This document shows, piece by piece, positions 1-9,712 of a DNA stretch of 64,000 bases. The notes below the pieces were generated by a model. That model did not search any database. It was not told where the DNA came from and saw only the letters and a program-made list of their open reading frames with translations. This DNA comes from an uncultured Rikenella sp. (GTDB taxonomy: Bacteria > Bacteroidota > Bacteroidia > Bacteroidales > VadinHA17): positions 63,483 to 127,482 of the forward strand of contig CAYVYM010000001.1 in the NCBI GenBank assembly GCA_964455705.1, read 5' to 3'. The first letter of the stretch is position 1; the number at the start of each line of letters is the position of its first letter. Position numbers and translations under genes: made by a program.

Positions 1-3000
1 AATTCATATCCGTCCATAACAGGCATTATAATATCACTGACAACAAGAATAACATTGTATATCGAAAGTGCTTTAAGTGCTTCATTGCCATTATGAGCGA
101 GGATGATATTATACTCACCGGATATCTCTCCGGCAATAAACCTCCCCATTTCAGTTTCGTCCTCTACAAGAAGTATGTTTGGCAGGGAGTTTTCAGGAGA
201 GCCAAAGACTTCAAAAGTGTTGTGGTCTGTCTTGTACAACTCCTCAGATTCAATTATGCTCTCCGAAATTGATTCTTTCTGATATCTGGTCAGTTCAAGA
301 ACAAACGAATTATACTGTTCCTCATTTGTGTCAAGAAAAAGCCTGCCATGGTGAAGTTCTGCAAGTGAACGTGCCAGAGATAGTCCGAGGCCGGTGCCTT
401 TTTCTCCGGGTTTATTATGGTCAATCTGGTAAAACGGCTCAAAAATCCTTTCACGAAGCCCTTCAGGTACCAGATTACCGTCATTGTTTACCCGTATCCT
501 TATCATGTTTTCACTGTTCGTCGCGGGTTCGAGAAACAGGTCAACCTTTGATCCGGCGTATTTAAGGGCATTTGACAGGAGATTACTGATTATCTTGGTA
601 ATTGCTTCCCTGTCAACAGCCAGATCACAATGATTTACAGGAGAATGCAGTTGCATCGATATCCCCTTTTCTTCACTGTACGGCAGGAACAAATTGAATA
701 TCGACCCAATCAGTTCACAAAGATCTGTCTTGATAAAGTTGAGTCTGAACTTCTCCTTCTCGGTTTTCCGGAAATCAAGCAGCTGGTTGGTAAGGTTCAG
801 GAGCCTGTCAGTATTTCTTTTAATTATTAACAGGTTATTCTCTGTATCCTTTGAATATCTTATCCCAGACCGCAGTATCCTGTCAAGTGGCCCCTTGATC
901 AGAGTCAGCGGGGTACGAACTTCATGAGTGATATTTGTGAAGAAACCGATTTTTGCATTAAGTATCTCCTTCTCTTTATTGGTTTCAATTAAATCTATTT
1001 TTCTCTGATGTTCCAGGGCTTTTCTTTTCAGATAAAAGCTGATCAGCATATAACCAATTGACCCGGCTACAATAATATAAAGTATATAAGCAGGAACAGA
1101 CATCCAGACCGGCGGAGTAATTTTAATACTCAGCCTGGCTTCATCGGTGCTCCATGTTATGCCATCTGTTGAGGAACTAACCCTGAACCTGTATCTGCCG
1201 TGAGCGAGGTTGGTATAATATACCTTTCTGTTACCTGAGATAAGAACCCAATCAGGATCAGAGCCTTCCATCATATATTTATATTGTATCAGATTTGGAC
1301 TGGTAAAAGCGGGAGATACAAAATCAATGCTGCAAGAAGACTGATTATGTTTGAGTGTGATCCGGCTGGTAACGAGAATTGATCTGAAATCAGCAGAACC
1401 TTCGGAATTGATTACATGCTCCTCGCCATTGACCTGGAAGCCGGTAATGTAAACAGGCGGACTATAACTGTTTTCTCTTATGTCTGCAGGGTAAAATGAC
1501 AAAAGGCCGCTGATAGTGCCAAAATACACTTTTCCGTTCTTGTCCTGATATGCTGAGTTATAGCTGAAAGAGTTGTCGAGAAGGCCATCATCTTTGGTAT
1601 ATGTTTTATACTGATTTGTTGAAGGATCGAGTTTGAGGAGACCCCTTGTTGATGTTATCCAGAGATTTCCGAAACCATCCTGCAGCATAGCGCAGTATAT
1701 TGCGAAATCAATATCCCTGCCCGGAACATATCGGGTAACTGCTCCCGTTTCGCCGTCAATATAGCTGAAACCGTTTCCCTCAGTAGTGAACCAGATCCTG
1801 TGGCTGTTATCCTCATAGATTGAGGTGATGTGCTCTCTCGTCAGGTTTTCGTAATCCCCTCTTCCGGATAATATTTGTTCGCAAGTCTGTGATGACCTTT
1901 CATATTTATATAAGCCCCTCCCATAAGTCCCTATCCATATGTTCCCTTTATTATCCTCATATAAAGCATGGATAAATGCGCCGGCAGCCACATCGTTGAG
2001 GAATATGAATGATGAGGTGTTTCGGTCAAAACGGTACATTCCGGTCACGCTTCCTGCATATATTGTTCCTTGTGTTGTTTGAAGGAAGGTGACGAATGAA
2101 TTTGTTTTCAGGCCGCTTTGCCCATCCATTGACTTGAAATGATCCGTAATATTCCCTGAAGGAATATTCAATATGTATATTCCGTTATCATAGGTCCCGA
2201 TCCAGAGGTCGTCGTCATCAACCAGCAATCCCTGGATATTTCTGCTGTCAATTTTGACGCGGTTGTGACCCTCGGTGATACTTGAGAATAACCCTGTCTG
2301 GTAATCTGTCCTGATGAGTCCGGCATCTTCGGTGCCAATCCAGATATTGCCATAGGAGTCTGCCCGTATCTCCCTGACAACATTTCCGTTAAGTGCCCCG
2401 GACAATCCCGTCGGGTAATACTTTTCAAATGGCTTGTTCTCCTGGGGAAGGTAATTGACACCTCCGTAAAAGGTCCCGATCCATACGCCACCTTCCCTGT
2501 CCCTGGTAATGGTACGGACCATATTGTTTGAAAGCGAATACGGATCAGTCCATTCCATTTGAAGGTTCGTAACATAGCCTGTATCCATATTATAAATATA
2601 GATGCCCGATTCAGTTCCTATCCAGATCTCCCTGTCAGTGACCAGACTTGTTGTCCGGATCAGGATATTGTTCCATATCTTATCTTTCTCAAACAGACTT
2701 GTAACCCTTCCGGTATTAGGTTCAAACTTCCTGAGGCCGGCAAGGTCGGTGGTGATTATCAGCCCATAACTATCTGCATCGAGAATGTTCTTCAGGCTGA
2801 CAGAAGCTGATAGTTCTTTTTCGGTAAGAATCTTAAAGCCGGTGAAATTGTCAGTTCTTGCATCATATTTATAGATCTTTCCATCTGTTGCTGACAGCCA
2901 GACATCCCCGGAATTGGTTAAGCTGATGCATTGAGCTGAAAAATATTCGTCAGCGGGATAAGAGCTCAGACTGGCACTAAGTTTATCATACTTGTAGGTC

Positions 3001-3431
3001 CCGGTGAAGGTCACTATCCATATATTATTATTGTCGTCAGCCTTAACATCAAGTACCAGTCCTGTAATCTTCGGATCTTCTGATATAATCGTACAGAAGC
3101 AGTCATTATCCGGCATGTAGTAGCAGATACCTTTCGGAGTACCTACCCAGATCCATCCGTCAACATCTTCGTAAATTGCAGTGATGAAGTTGTTTAACAG
3201 AGAGTTGGAAACCGATGGGTTGTGAAGAAAAGTCCTGAACTGGAAACCATCAAATCGTATCAGACCTTCTTTAGTGCCAAACCACACAAAGCCCCTTCGG
3301 TCCTGCAAACTTGCCATTACGGTATTATTCGACAAACCGTTATCATTCCTGTAATGCCTGAAATAATATGGTCTGCCATTCGTAATAACGGAGAACAGCA
3401 AAAAAATAAGTGATATTAAGAATAACCTCAT
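1..3431 (-). CDS. Hybrid two-component system sensor kinase/response regulator (HTCS), 3' end beyond the window edge
   Basis: Not in the ORF track (no stop in window); translated by hand from ATG 3431. Signal peptide, then MRLFLISLIF...YFRHYRNDNGLSNNTV...WFGTKEGL (beta-propeller sensor), a TM helix, HisKA FFTNITHEVRTPLTLI, HATPase NLLSNALKY and GTGLGLSLA, and receiver ILLVEDE...VSDIIMPVMDGYE in the same frame at the edge. An AraC domain is expected outside the window. Confidence 0.93.
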   Translation of the reverse strand, partial: MRLFLISLIFLLFSVITNGRPYYFRHYRNDNGLSNNTVMASLQDRRGFVWFGTKEGLIRFDGFQFRTFLHNPSVSNSLLNNFITAIYEDVDGWIWVGTPKGICYYMPDNDCFCTIISEDPKITGLVLDVKADDNNNIWIVTFTGTYKYDKLSASLSSYPADEYFSAQCISLTNSGDVWLSATDGKIYKYDARTDNFTGFKILTEKELSASVSLKNILDADSYGLIITTDLAGLRKFEPNTGRVTSLFEKDKIWNNILIRTTSLVTDREIWIGTESGIYIYNMDTGYVTNLQMEWTDPYSLSNNMVRTITRDREGGVWIGTFYGGVNYLPQENKPFEKYYPTGLSGALNGNVVREIRADSYGNIWIGTEDAGLIRTDYQTGLFSSITEGHNRVKIDSRNIQGLLVDDDDLWIGTYDNGIYILNIPSGNITDHFKSMDGQSGLKTNSFVTFLQTTQGTIYAGSVTGMYRFDRNTSSFIFLNDVAAGAFIHALYEDNKGNIWIGTYGRGLYKYERSSQTCEQILSGRGDYENLTREHITSIYEDNSHRIWFTTEGNGFSYIDGETGAVTRYVPGRDIDFAIYCAMLQDGFGNLWITSTRGLLKLDPSTNQYKTYTKDDGLLDNSFSYNSAYQDKNGKVYFGTISGLLSFYPADIRENSYSPPVYITGFQVNGEEHVINSEGSADFRSILVTSRITLKHNQSSCSIDFVSPAFTSPNLIQYKYMMEGSDPDWVLISGNRKVYYTNLAHGRYRFRVSSSTDGITWSTDEARLSIKITPPVWMSVPAYILYIIVAGSIGYMLISFYLKRKALEHQRKIDLIETNKEKEILNAKIGFFTNITHEVRTPLTLIKGPLDRILRSGIRYSKDTENNLLIIKRNTDRLLNLTNQLLDFRKTEKEKFRLNFIKTDLCELIGSIFNLFLPYSEEKGISMQLHSPVNHCDLAVDREAITKIISNLLSNALKYAGSKVDLFLEPATNSENMIRIRVNNDGNLVPEGLRERIFEPFYQIDHNKPGEKGTGLGLSLARSLAELHHGRLFLDTNEEQYNSFVLELTRYQKESISESIIESEELYKTDHNTFEVFGSPENSLPNILLVEDETEMGRFIAGEISGEYNIILAHNGNEALKALSIYNVILVVSDIIMPVMDGYE

Positions 3432-3573
3432 CGCTGCAAGATAAAAAACGTACGCAAGACAAAAAAATATTCAATGAAGGTTTCTGAGTATATACGACAT
3501 TCAGTCTTTTCAGATAATGGATGCTCTGTCATTGTAACACAGGGATCAGTAGAAGCAACTTTTTCATATCACC

Positions 3574-3589
3574 TGTGATATTTATCACA
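3574..3589. promoter_or_regulatory. Perfect inverted repeat TGTGATA-TT-TATCACA in the divergent HTCS/rpiB intergenic region (candidate regulator site)
   Basis: Read directly. Fits TGTGA-N6-TCACA (CRP/FNR-family geometry) and is close to the Rex box; the cognate regulator is unknown. Confidence 0.45.
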
Positions 3590-3648
3590 ACATGCATCTG
3601 ATAGCGATTTTGGTGATAAGAAAAAAAGTATATAGATTTAGCGGGAAT

Positions 3649-3662
3649 TACAATCGATTGCA
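3649..3662. promoter_or_regulatory. Palindrome TACAATCGATTGCA upstream of the rpiB-like gene (LacI-family operator-like)
   Basis: Perfect 10-bp core CAATCGATTG about 40 bp before the ATG. Similar AATCGrTT cores recur at other promoters in the window. Confidence 0.45.
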
Positions 3663-3698
3663 TTCACGCGCTAACAGAACGTTTTAAAAAACACAAAA

Positions 3699-4169
3699 AT
3701 GACCCTGATCCCTGATAAAAGAAAACATACTGTCGCCATCGGTTGCGATCCCAATGCTGCAGCCATTAAGGAGATCATTATAGCACAGCTTAATGAGATG
3801 GGATATACAGTTAAGGATTTCGGAAGTGATGATCCGATTTATGCCAGGGTAGCATTCGCAGTTGGGGAAGCTGTTGCAGCACATGAATATGACCGCGGTA
3901 TTCTTTTATGCGGAACCGGTATTGGAATGAGTATAGCTGCAAACAAAGTACCTGGCATTTATGCAGCACTTTGCTCTGACACTTATTCAGCTGAAAGGGC
4001 CATTAAAAGCAATAATTCAAATGTACTGACAATTGGTGCTTTCACCACCGGCACCGAAGTGGCCAGACAGATCGTAAAGACCTGGATGGAAGCGACCTGG
4101 CAATCCGGAACGGCTTCGGAACCTAAAGTAGAATGCTATATGGATTATGCCCGGAGGCACCAGGTTTGA
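3699..4169 (+). CDS. rpiB: RpiB/LacA/LacB family sugar-phosphate isomerase (DerI-like variant)
   Basis: GILLCGTGIGMSIAANKVPG signature. GCDPNA, SNN and SEPKV replace the canonical DHAG, HN and RH..R motifs. Confidence 0.88.
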   Translation: MTLIPDKRKHTVAIGCDPNAAAIKEIIIAQLNEMGYTVKDFGSDDPIYARVAFAVGEAVAAHEYDRGILLCGTGIGMSIAANKVPGIYAALCSDTYSAERAIKSNNSNVLTIGAFTTGTEVARQIVKTWMEATWQSGTASEPKVECYMDYARRHQV

Positions 4170-4197
4170 TCATTTTCAGGATTATTTATAACTACTT

Positions 4198-5061
4198 ATG
4201 AACCCATCGGAAATTCTTAAGCTGGAATATACAGCACTTAATATAAGACGGCATATCTTACGGCTTATCAAAGCGGGTGAGGCAGGTCACGTAGGAGGGG
4301 CACTTTCTACTGTTGAAATTGTGACCGCACTATATTTCAACCTCATGAAGATTGATCCGGGTAATCCAAAATGGCAGCAGCGTGACCGTTTTGTACTGTC
4401 AGCCGGTCATAAATGTCTTGTGCTTTATGCCGCACTTGCCGAGCGCGGATTTTTTGATACCTCCGTTCTTGATACATACGGAGCACTTGACAGTACAATT
4501 CCCGGGCATCCGAATATGCATAAACTTCCGGGGGTTGAAACAAATACCGGAGCTCTCGGACATGGCCTTTCAATAGCCGGGGGAATGGCTTTGGGGCTGC
4601 GAATGGACAAATTTCAGTCAAGAGTCTTTGTTTTAATGGGCGACGGAGAACTGGCTGAAGGATCCAACTGGGAGGCAGCGTCAGCCGCATCAATGCACAA
4701 GATTGAAAACCTTATTGTCTTTGTTGACAGGAACAAGCTTCAGATAAGCGGACCCACCATTGAAGTAATGAGCTATGAACCTCTTGATGAGAGGTGGCGG
4801 TCATTCGGCTGGGGCGTCAGAACTATAGATGGTCACAATCTGGAGTCAATAATAAGCAATGTGAACCAGACTCCTTTTGAAAAAGGCAAACCATCAGTAA
4901 TAATCGCTGATACTGTTAAATCAAAAGGATTAAGTTTTGCAGAGGGTAAGGTCAGTTACCATTACTGGAAGGCAAAGCCGGAAGAGATGGAACAGGCAGA
5001 ACGTGATCTGGACAAAACAGAGGAACATCTGAAGTCAAAAATGGGGAAGATTGAAATATGA
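4198..5061 (+). CDS. Transketolase, N-terminal (TPP-binding) subunit of a split transketolase
   Basis: GHVGGALS, DRFVLSAGH, TGALGHGL and the GDGELAEGSNWEA...VDRN TPP motif. Confidence 0.93.
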   Translation: MNPSEILKLEYTALNIRRHILRLIKAGEAGHVGGALSTVEIVTALYFNLMKIDPGNPKWQQRDRFVLSAGHKCLVLYAALAERGFFDTSVLDTYGALDSTIPGHPNMHKLPGVETNTGALGHGLSIAGGMALGLRMDKFQSRVFVLMGDGELAEGSNWEAASAASMHKIENLIVFVDRNKLQISGPTIEVMSYEPLDERWRSFGWGVRTIDGHNLESIISNVNQTPFEKGKPSVIIADTVKSKGLSFAEGKVSYHYWKAKPEEMEQAERDLDKTEEHLKSKMGKIEI

Positions 5062-5996
5062 TCAATGATTTAAAAGATCCGAGAAAGACCTTTGGAGAGG
5101 CTGTTATTGAAGCTGCAGAGGTTAATCCAGACATTGTGGTCCTTTCAGCTGACAGCAGTTCGGGATCAGGGCTGGCGGATTTCAAAAAAAAATTCCCGGA
5201 CAGACATTTCGAATTCGGAATAATGGAACAGGGTGTCACAGGTTTTGCCAGCGGGTTTGCGACAACGGGTAAGATACCCGTCTTTGCTGCTATTGCTCCA
5301 TTCGTTACTGCACGTAATTTTGAGATGTTCAGGAACGATCTCGGGTATATGAATCAGAATGTAAAAATCGTAGGCCGTTGCGCTGGTCTTACATATGATC
5401 AGCTTGGATCGACACATCACTCTATAGACGATGTGGCCATTATCAGAACGATCCCGGGAGTAACTGTTATCAATCCCGGAGACCCCGTGACTATTAAAAA
5501 AGCTGTCCATGCAATGATACAGCATGTGGGCCCCTGCTATATGAAAATCGGAAACCCCGCGATACCGGTTCTTTACGAGGAGGACGTTGATTTCACTCTC
5601 GGGAAGGGTATTGTTATAAAGGAAGGAAGTGATGTGGTTCTGATAGGAACGGGCACAGTTTTATCAAAAGCAGTGGCTGCCGCAAAGCTTCTGGAGGAAG
5701 CTGGTGTGAGTGTACGCCTGATAGATATCCATACTATCAAGCCTCTTGACCGCGAGCTCATATTGTCTTCGGCCAGGGAAATAGGTAAAATCGTTACCGT
5801 GGAGGAGCATTTTGTTGCCGGAGGCCTGGGCAGCGCAATCGCTGAGCTGTGCAGCCGGGAATATCCGGTAAGAATGAAGATGATCGGCATTGGAGATCAA
5901 TATGCCAGCAACGGCCCTTATGAGGAATTACTTGGTAAGTACGGGCTGCAGCCTGACCAGATAAAAGAATCAGTAATCAATTTTTTAAACAACTAA
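5058..5996 (+). CDS. Transketolase, C-terminal (pyrimidine-binding + C-terminal domain) subunit
   Basis: FEFGIMEQ, GSTHHSIDD, IKPLD and VEEHFVAGGLGSAIAE motifs; ATGA overlap with the upstream subunit. Confidence 0.93.
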   Translation: MINDLKDPRKTFGEAVIEAAEVNPDIVVLSADSSSGSGLADFKKKFPDRHFEFGIMEQGVTGFASGFATTGKIPVFAAIAPFVTARNFEMFRNDLGYMNQNVKIVGRCAGLTYDQLGSTHHSIDDVAIIRTIPGVTVINPGDPVTIKKAVHAMIQHVGPCYMKIGNPAIPVLYEEDVDFTLGKGIVIKEGSDVVLIGTGTVLSKAVAAAKLLEEAGVSVRLIDIHTIKPLDRELILSSAREIGKIVTVEEHFVAGGLGSAIAELCSREYPVRMKMIGIGDQYASNGPYEELLGKYGLQPDQIKESVINFLNN

Positions 5997-6012
5997 TAAC
6001 CCGGGATCATTT

Positions 6013-7317
6013 ATGGAAAACTCTGGCGCAACGAAAATGTATCTTGCACTGGCAGCTTTGCTTGCCAGTGCAGAAATCCTGCTTCTGACAACCGGTAATG
6101 GAAAACTTCCAATATCCGGACTGATACTTTTCGCATTTTTCTTCCTTCTGGCTCTCAGTGCTCAGAAATCGGAGAAATTCAAAGGATTATCCTTTACACT
6201 GCAGATATTTGCATTTGTCTCCTTTACCCTGTACTTCCCGGAAATGTTTACTGACTGGGGCTTTGACACCAATAAACTGATAGTTCCGTCTATACAGGTG
6301 ATTATGTTTGGGATGGGAACGAAACTGAATCTCAGGGATTTCGTCAGGGAATTATCAAAACCCGTGGTTGTTATTGCCGGTACTATAATGGTCTTTGTAT
6401 TTATGCCGCTCGCGGCACTGCTGATAATAAATATCTGGGATTTTCCGCCTGAAGTGGCTGCCGGTATAATCCTTGTAGGCGCATGTCCCGGAGGAGTGGC
6501 TTCGAACGTAATGACATATCTTGCCAAAGGAAACCTCGCCCTTTCTGTAACACTTACCACTTTTGCCACCCTACTGGCACCGCTTGTAACGCCTCTGCTG
6601 ATGATGTGGTTTGCGGGCAAGTTGATTGAGGTAAATGCTGTAAGCATGATGATCAGTATTATCAACATGATATTGATTCCAATATTCGCGGGTATCATTG
6701 TCAATAAGATACTATATGGTAAGCTGGATTGGGTCAGGAAGGACCGGAACATGATTTTGCTTGCAATACTGACTTTCATTGCAGGCCTGATCCTGATATT
6801 CATTCCCTTCCCCGCAATACTTAAATCATCACAAACAGGCCTGATCCTGATTGCATGGGCCGTGTCTATTGTATCAGTCACAATGATAATGGTTCGTCGC
6901 TCTAACGGCCCCGAAGACTGGATGGATAAAGTTCTTCCTAAGCTTTCGCTGAGCGCCATCATGCTGTATATCATCGTTGTGGCAGCACATAACCAGCAAA
7001 CACTGCTTACCATCGGACCGTCTCTCTTCCTTGCGGTCATCCTCCATAATACAATTGGACTGGCTATGGGTTACGGAGCATCAAAAGCACTGCGGTTCAG
7101 TGATGAAGATGTGCGAGCCATAACTCTTGAGGTTGGTCTGAAAAACGGGGGACTAGCCGTAGGTCTTGCCTACGATGTTCTTAAAAGTGCCGCTGCCGCT
7201 CTTGCACCACTCATTTTCGGCACATGGATGAACATAGCCGCCTCCTCCCTCGCCAGCTTCTGGAGTCATAAGGTACCAAGGGTTAAGGAACCCGTGGTGA
7301 AAACCACAGAAACATAA
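6013..7317 (+). CDS. Bile acid:sodium symporter (BASS) family transporter
   Basis: IMFGMGTKL, ACPGGVASNVMTYLAKGNLALSV and EVGLKNGGLA motifs; many hydrophobic helices. Confidence 0.9.
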   Translation: MENSGATKMYLALAALLASAEILLLTTGNGKLPISGLILFAFFFLLALSAQKSEKFKGLSFTLQIFAFVSFTLYFPEMFTDWGFDTNKLIVPSIQVIMFGMGTKLNLRDFVRELSKPVVVIAGTIMVFVFMPLAALLIINIWDFPPEVAAGIILVGACPGGVASNVMTYLAKGNLALSVTLTTFATLLAPLVTPLLMMWFAGKLIEVNAVSMMISIINMILIPIFAGIIVNKILYGKLDWVRKDRNMILLAILTFIAGLILIFIPFPAILKSSQTGLILIAWAVSIVSVTMIMVRRSNGPEDWMDKVLPKLSLSAIMLYIIVVAAHNQQTLLTIGPSLFLAVILHNTIGLAMGYGASKALRFSDEDVRAITLEVGLKNGGLAVGLAYDVLKSAAAALAPLIFGTWMNIAASSLASFWSHKVPRVKEPVVKTTET

Positions 7318-7453
7318 AAAATGTTAATATTTCAATCAAATCCCAAAAATCCCGAGATAATCGATAGTTTTAAATTGTATAAATTTAATTTCGGAGCAAT
7401 TAACCTGATTTTTTACATCTTAATTAAATAATCAAACCACAGGAGGACGAACT

Positions 7454-8497
7454 ATGAAAACCAGGAAACTATATTATTCACTGTGCCTCGCTCTGCTTGC
7501 GGGAATAATTATGTGTACTTCAGTCAGTGCTCAGCCAACTTCACTGACAAAAGATGAGATGCTTTATTACACATCACTCTGGAAGGGAGAGCGTTTTCCG
7601 GACGGAAGACCTAAAGTCTCTGAAGATATGATTCAGAGGATGAGATACGTATCGGTAACTGAGGCCTGGCAGATCCTGAACGGAGCCAGTGATCCTGTTG
7701 AAGGCCAGGGTCCCACGAGTTTTGGTGAATTCAGGAGGCCTACCTATTCCAATCAATATTACGGAGGATTAAAAATGATGAGGGATGAAATCATTATTTG
7801 CGGAAGGGCTTCAACAATACATTTTCTTCCCTATCGTCCCGATCTTAATGGCCTCATTCAGCAGCAGGGAACAAAGGATGGAAGAGGAAGAGGACAGTAT
7901 ACATGGGGAATCGATCAGCTGCAAAACGGGGATGTTTATGTTGCCAATGTATGTGAAGGAATTCTGGATGCATCTCACGTTGGTGATAACCTTGGGACAA
8001 CAATCTGGACCAAGACCGGCAATGGTGCGGTAATCCGGGGAACTCTCAGGGACCTTTACGGAAATCTGAGAGTCAATCCTGAATGGAATGTAATGGTACG
8101 CGATTTCAGGCCGCAGGCCAACAGCTCTAACCTCGTGATAGGAATTAATTGTCCGATACAGGTTGGTTATATAACTGTTATGCCGGGAGATGTTGTTCTG
8201 GGGACACGTGAGGGAGTGGTATTTATTCCGCCTCAGCTCGTGCAGATGGTTGTAGAGACATCGGAGAAAACACGTATGCAGGATGTCTGGGCTCATATGG
8301 GAGTAAAGGCGGGCCGTTTTACCGCTCAGCAGGCAGATGGTGCATATACTCCGGAAATGAACCAGGAATTTACAAAGTGGTTGCTTGACAATGCAGATAC
8401 TATGGGGAAATTCTTCGATGATCCCGGCGCAGCCCCGTCGCCTGAATTTATAAGGGCTTATGCAAAGGAGCGCCAGGAGATGAAACCTCGCCGGTAA
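7454..8497 (+). CDS. RraA/HMG-aldolase-like family protein with a Sec signal peptide
   Basis: GDNLG...GAVIRGTLRD and VTVMPGDVVLG..EGVVFIP RraA-like motifs; N-terminal MKTRKLYYSLCLALLAGIIMCTSVSA/Q. Confidence 0.8.
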   Translation: MKTRKLYYSLCLALLAGIIMCTSVSAQPTSLTKDEMLYYTSLWKGERFPDGRPKVSEDMIQRMRYVSVTEAWQILNGASDPVEGQGPTSFGEFRRPTYSNQYYGGLKMMRDEIIICGRASTIHFLPYRPDLNGLIQQQGTKDGRGRGQYTWGIDQLQNGDVYVANVCEGILDASHVGDNLGTTIWTKTGNGAVIRGTLRDLYGNLRVNPEWNVMVRDFRPQANSSNLVIGINCPIQVGYITVMPGDVVLGTREGVVFIPPQLVQMVVETSEKTRMQDVWAHMGVKAGRFTAQQADGAYTPEMNQEFTKWLLDNADTMGKFFDDPGAAPSPEFIRAYAKERQEMKPRR

Positions 8498-8532
8498 TGT
8501 GTTTGACAGTTTACGGACCTGAATGACTTAAG

Positions 8533-9657
8533 ATGAATAGGCGTGATATCCTGAAGACCCTTGCAGCAGGAGCTGCAGGTGTTGCACTTACAAGATGCAC
8601 CTCTGCCGAAAGAAAAACATCGGATTCCTCTGAACCTGTATATTCCGGACATGGTAAAAAAGCCACATTTGATAAGGTTATCAAACCCTCAAATGTAAGT
8701 CTTATTAAAGGTAATGATGCCCGTGATAACACATTCAATGCACTTAAAAATATAGAAGACGAAATCATGGCTTCCCTTGAGGGTAAGAAGCGCATCCTGA
8801 TCAAACCTAATTTTGTAGTGGTTACTACACCTCTTTGTGCCACAGGTGTCGATACTGTGAGGGGGATACTTGATTTTTTCAAGCCCCGCTTCAAAGGGAC
8901 AATTGAGATAGGTGAGGCAACAGTATCCGGAGCTAAAGGGAGCAACATAGGAACTGAAGGTACTTATGCGGGATTCAGAGATTACGGATATCTGCCCCTT
9001 GAAAAGGAATATGGTGTGAAGCTTACGGACCTTAACCTGGAACCTCATATAACCCATTTTATTTTTAATAGTGACGGTAACAGGCCTCAGCCTATCCGTA
9101 TGATAGCCAAATACCTCGACAGGGATCAATATCTTATCTCTGCCGGGAAGATGAAGACACACAATTGCGTTCTGGTTACCATGTCACTGAAGAACATTCT
9201 TATGGGGGCTCCAAAGAATGACTATAAAACACAGAACGATAAATTCCTCATGCATAGCTGGTCACCCAAGAACATCACACGTGATTTCAGGTTTGCTTTT
9301 ACGAAAGATATGGTGCTGCATTACAATCTTTTCCAGATCGCCCAGATTACCTATCCCGATCTTGGTGTAGTGGATGCATTCACCTCCATGGAAGGTGATG
9401 GCCCTATCGATGGAACCCCGGTAGATACGAGACTTGCACTTGCCAGTACAGACCCGCTTGCTCTGGACTCCCTGGGAACTAAAATAATGGGATTTGATCC
9501 TACCCAGATTCTGTATCTGTCATCGATGAATGAAGCAGGTATGGGGCAGGGCGACCTTGATAAAATCAACGTACTGGGAGCTGATCTGAACGAATGCCTG
9601 TTTAAATTTAAACCTCATTCGATGTTAGCTGAAACATACGGACTGGTGAATGTCTGA
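8533..9657 (+). CDS. DUF362 domain protein with twin-arginine signal (possible lipoprotein)
   Basis: MNRRDILK...ALTRC; ILIKPN, KMKTH, SLKN, MEGDGPIDG and DPLALD motifs. Confidence 0.85.
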   Translation: MNRRDILKTLAAGAAGVALTRCTSAERKTSDSSEPVYSGHGKKATFDKVIKPSNVSLIKGNDARDNTFNALKNIEDEIMASLEGKKRILIKPNFVVVTTPLCATGVDTVRGILDFFKPRFKGTIEIGEATVSGAKGSNIGTEGTYAGFRDYGYLPLEKEYGVKLTDLNLEPHITHFIFNSDGNRPQPIRMIAKYLDRDQYLISAGKMKTHNCVLVTMSLKNILMGAPKNDYKTQNDKFLMHSWSPKNITRDFRFAFTKDMVLHYNLFQIAQITYPDLGVVDAFTSMEGDGPIDGTPVDTRLALASTDPLALDSLGTKIMGFDPTQILYLSSMNEAGMGQGDLDKINVLGADLNECLFKFKPHSMLAETYGLVNV

Positions 9658-9712
9658 TCTGTACCTGTTTAATGATTGCTGTAACAAAGAGAACTCTTAA
9701 ACAAAGAAGAAA

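Noticed and set aside
179-3413. Short ORF-track ORFs on both strands in the first 3.4 kb
   Set aside because: All lie within the long minus-strand HTCS frame, which the track omitted because it has no stop in the window; they show no motifs.
6162-7040. 292-aa antisense ORF
   Set aside because: It is the mirror frame of the BASS transporter and has no recognisable motif; the same applies to the many antisense ORFs inside susC, GH3, SASA and GH115.
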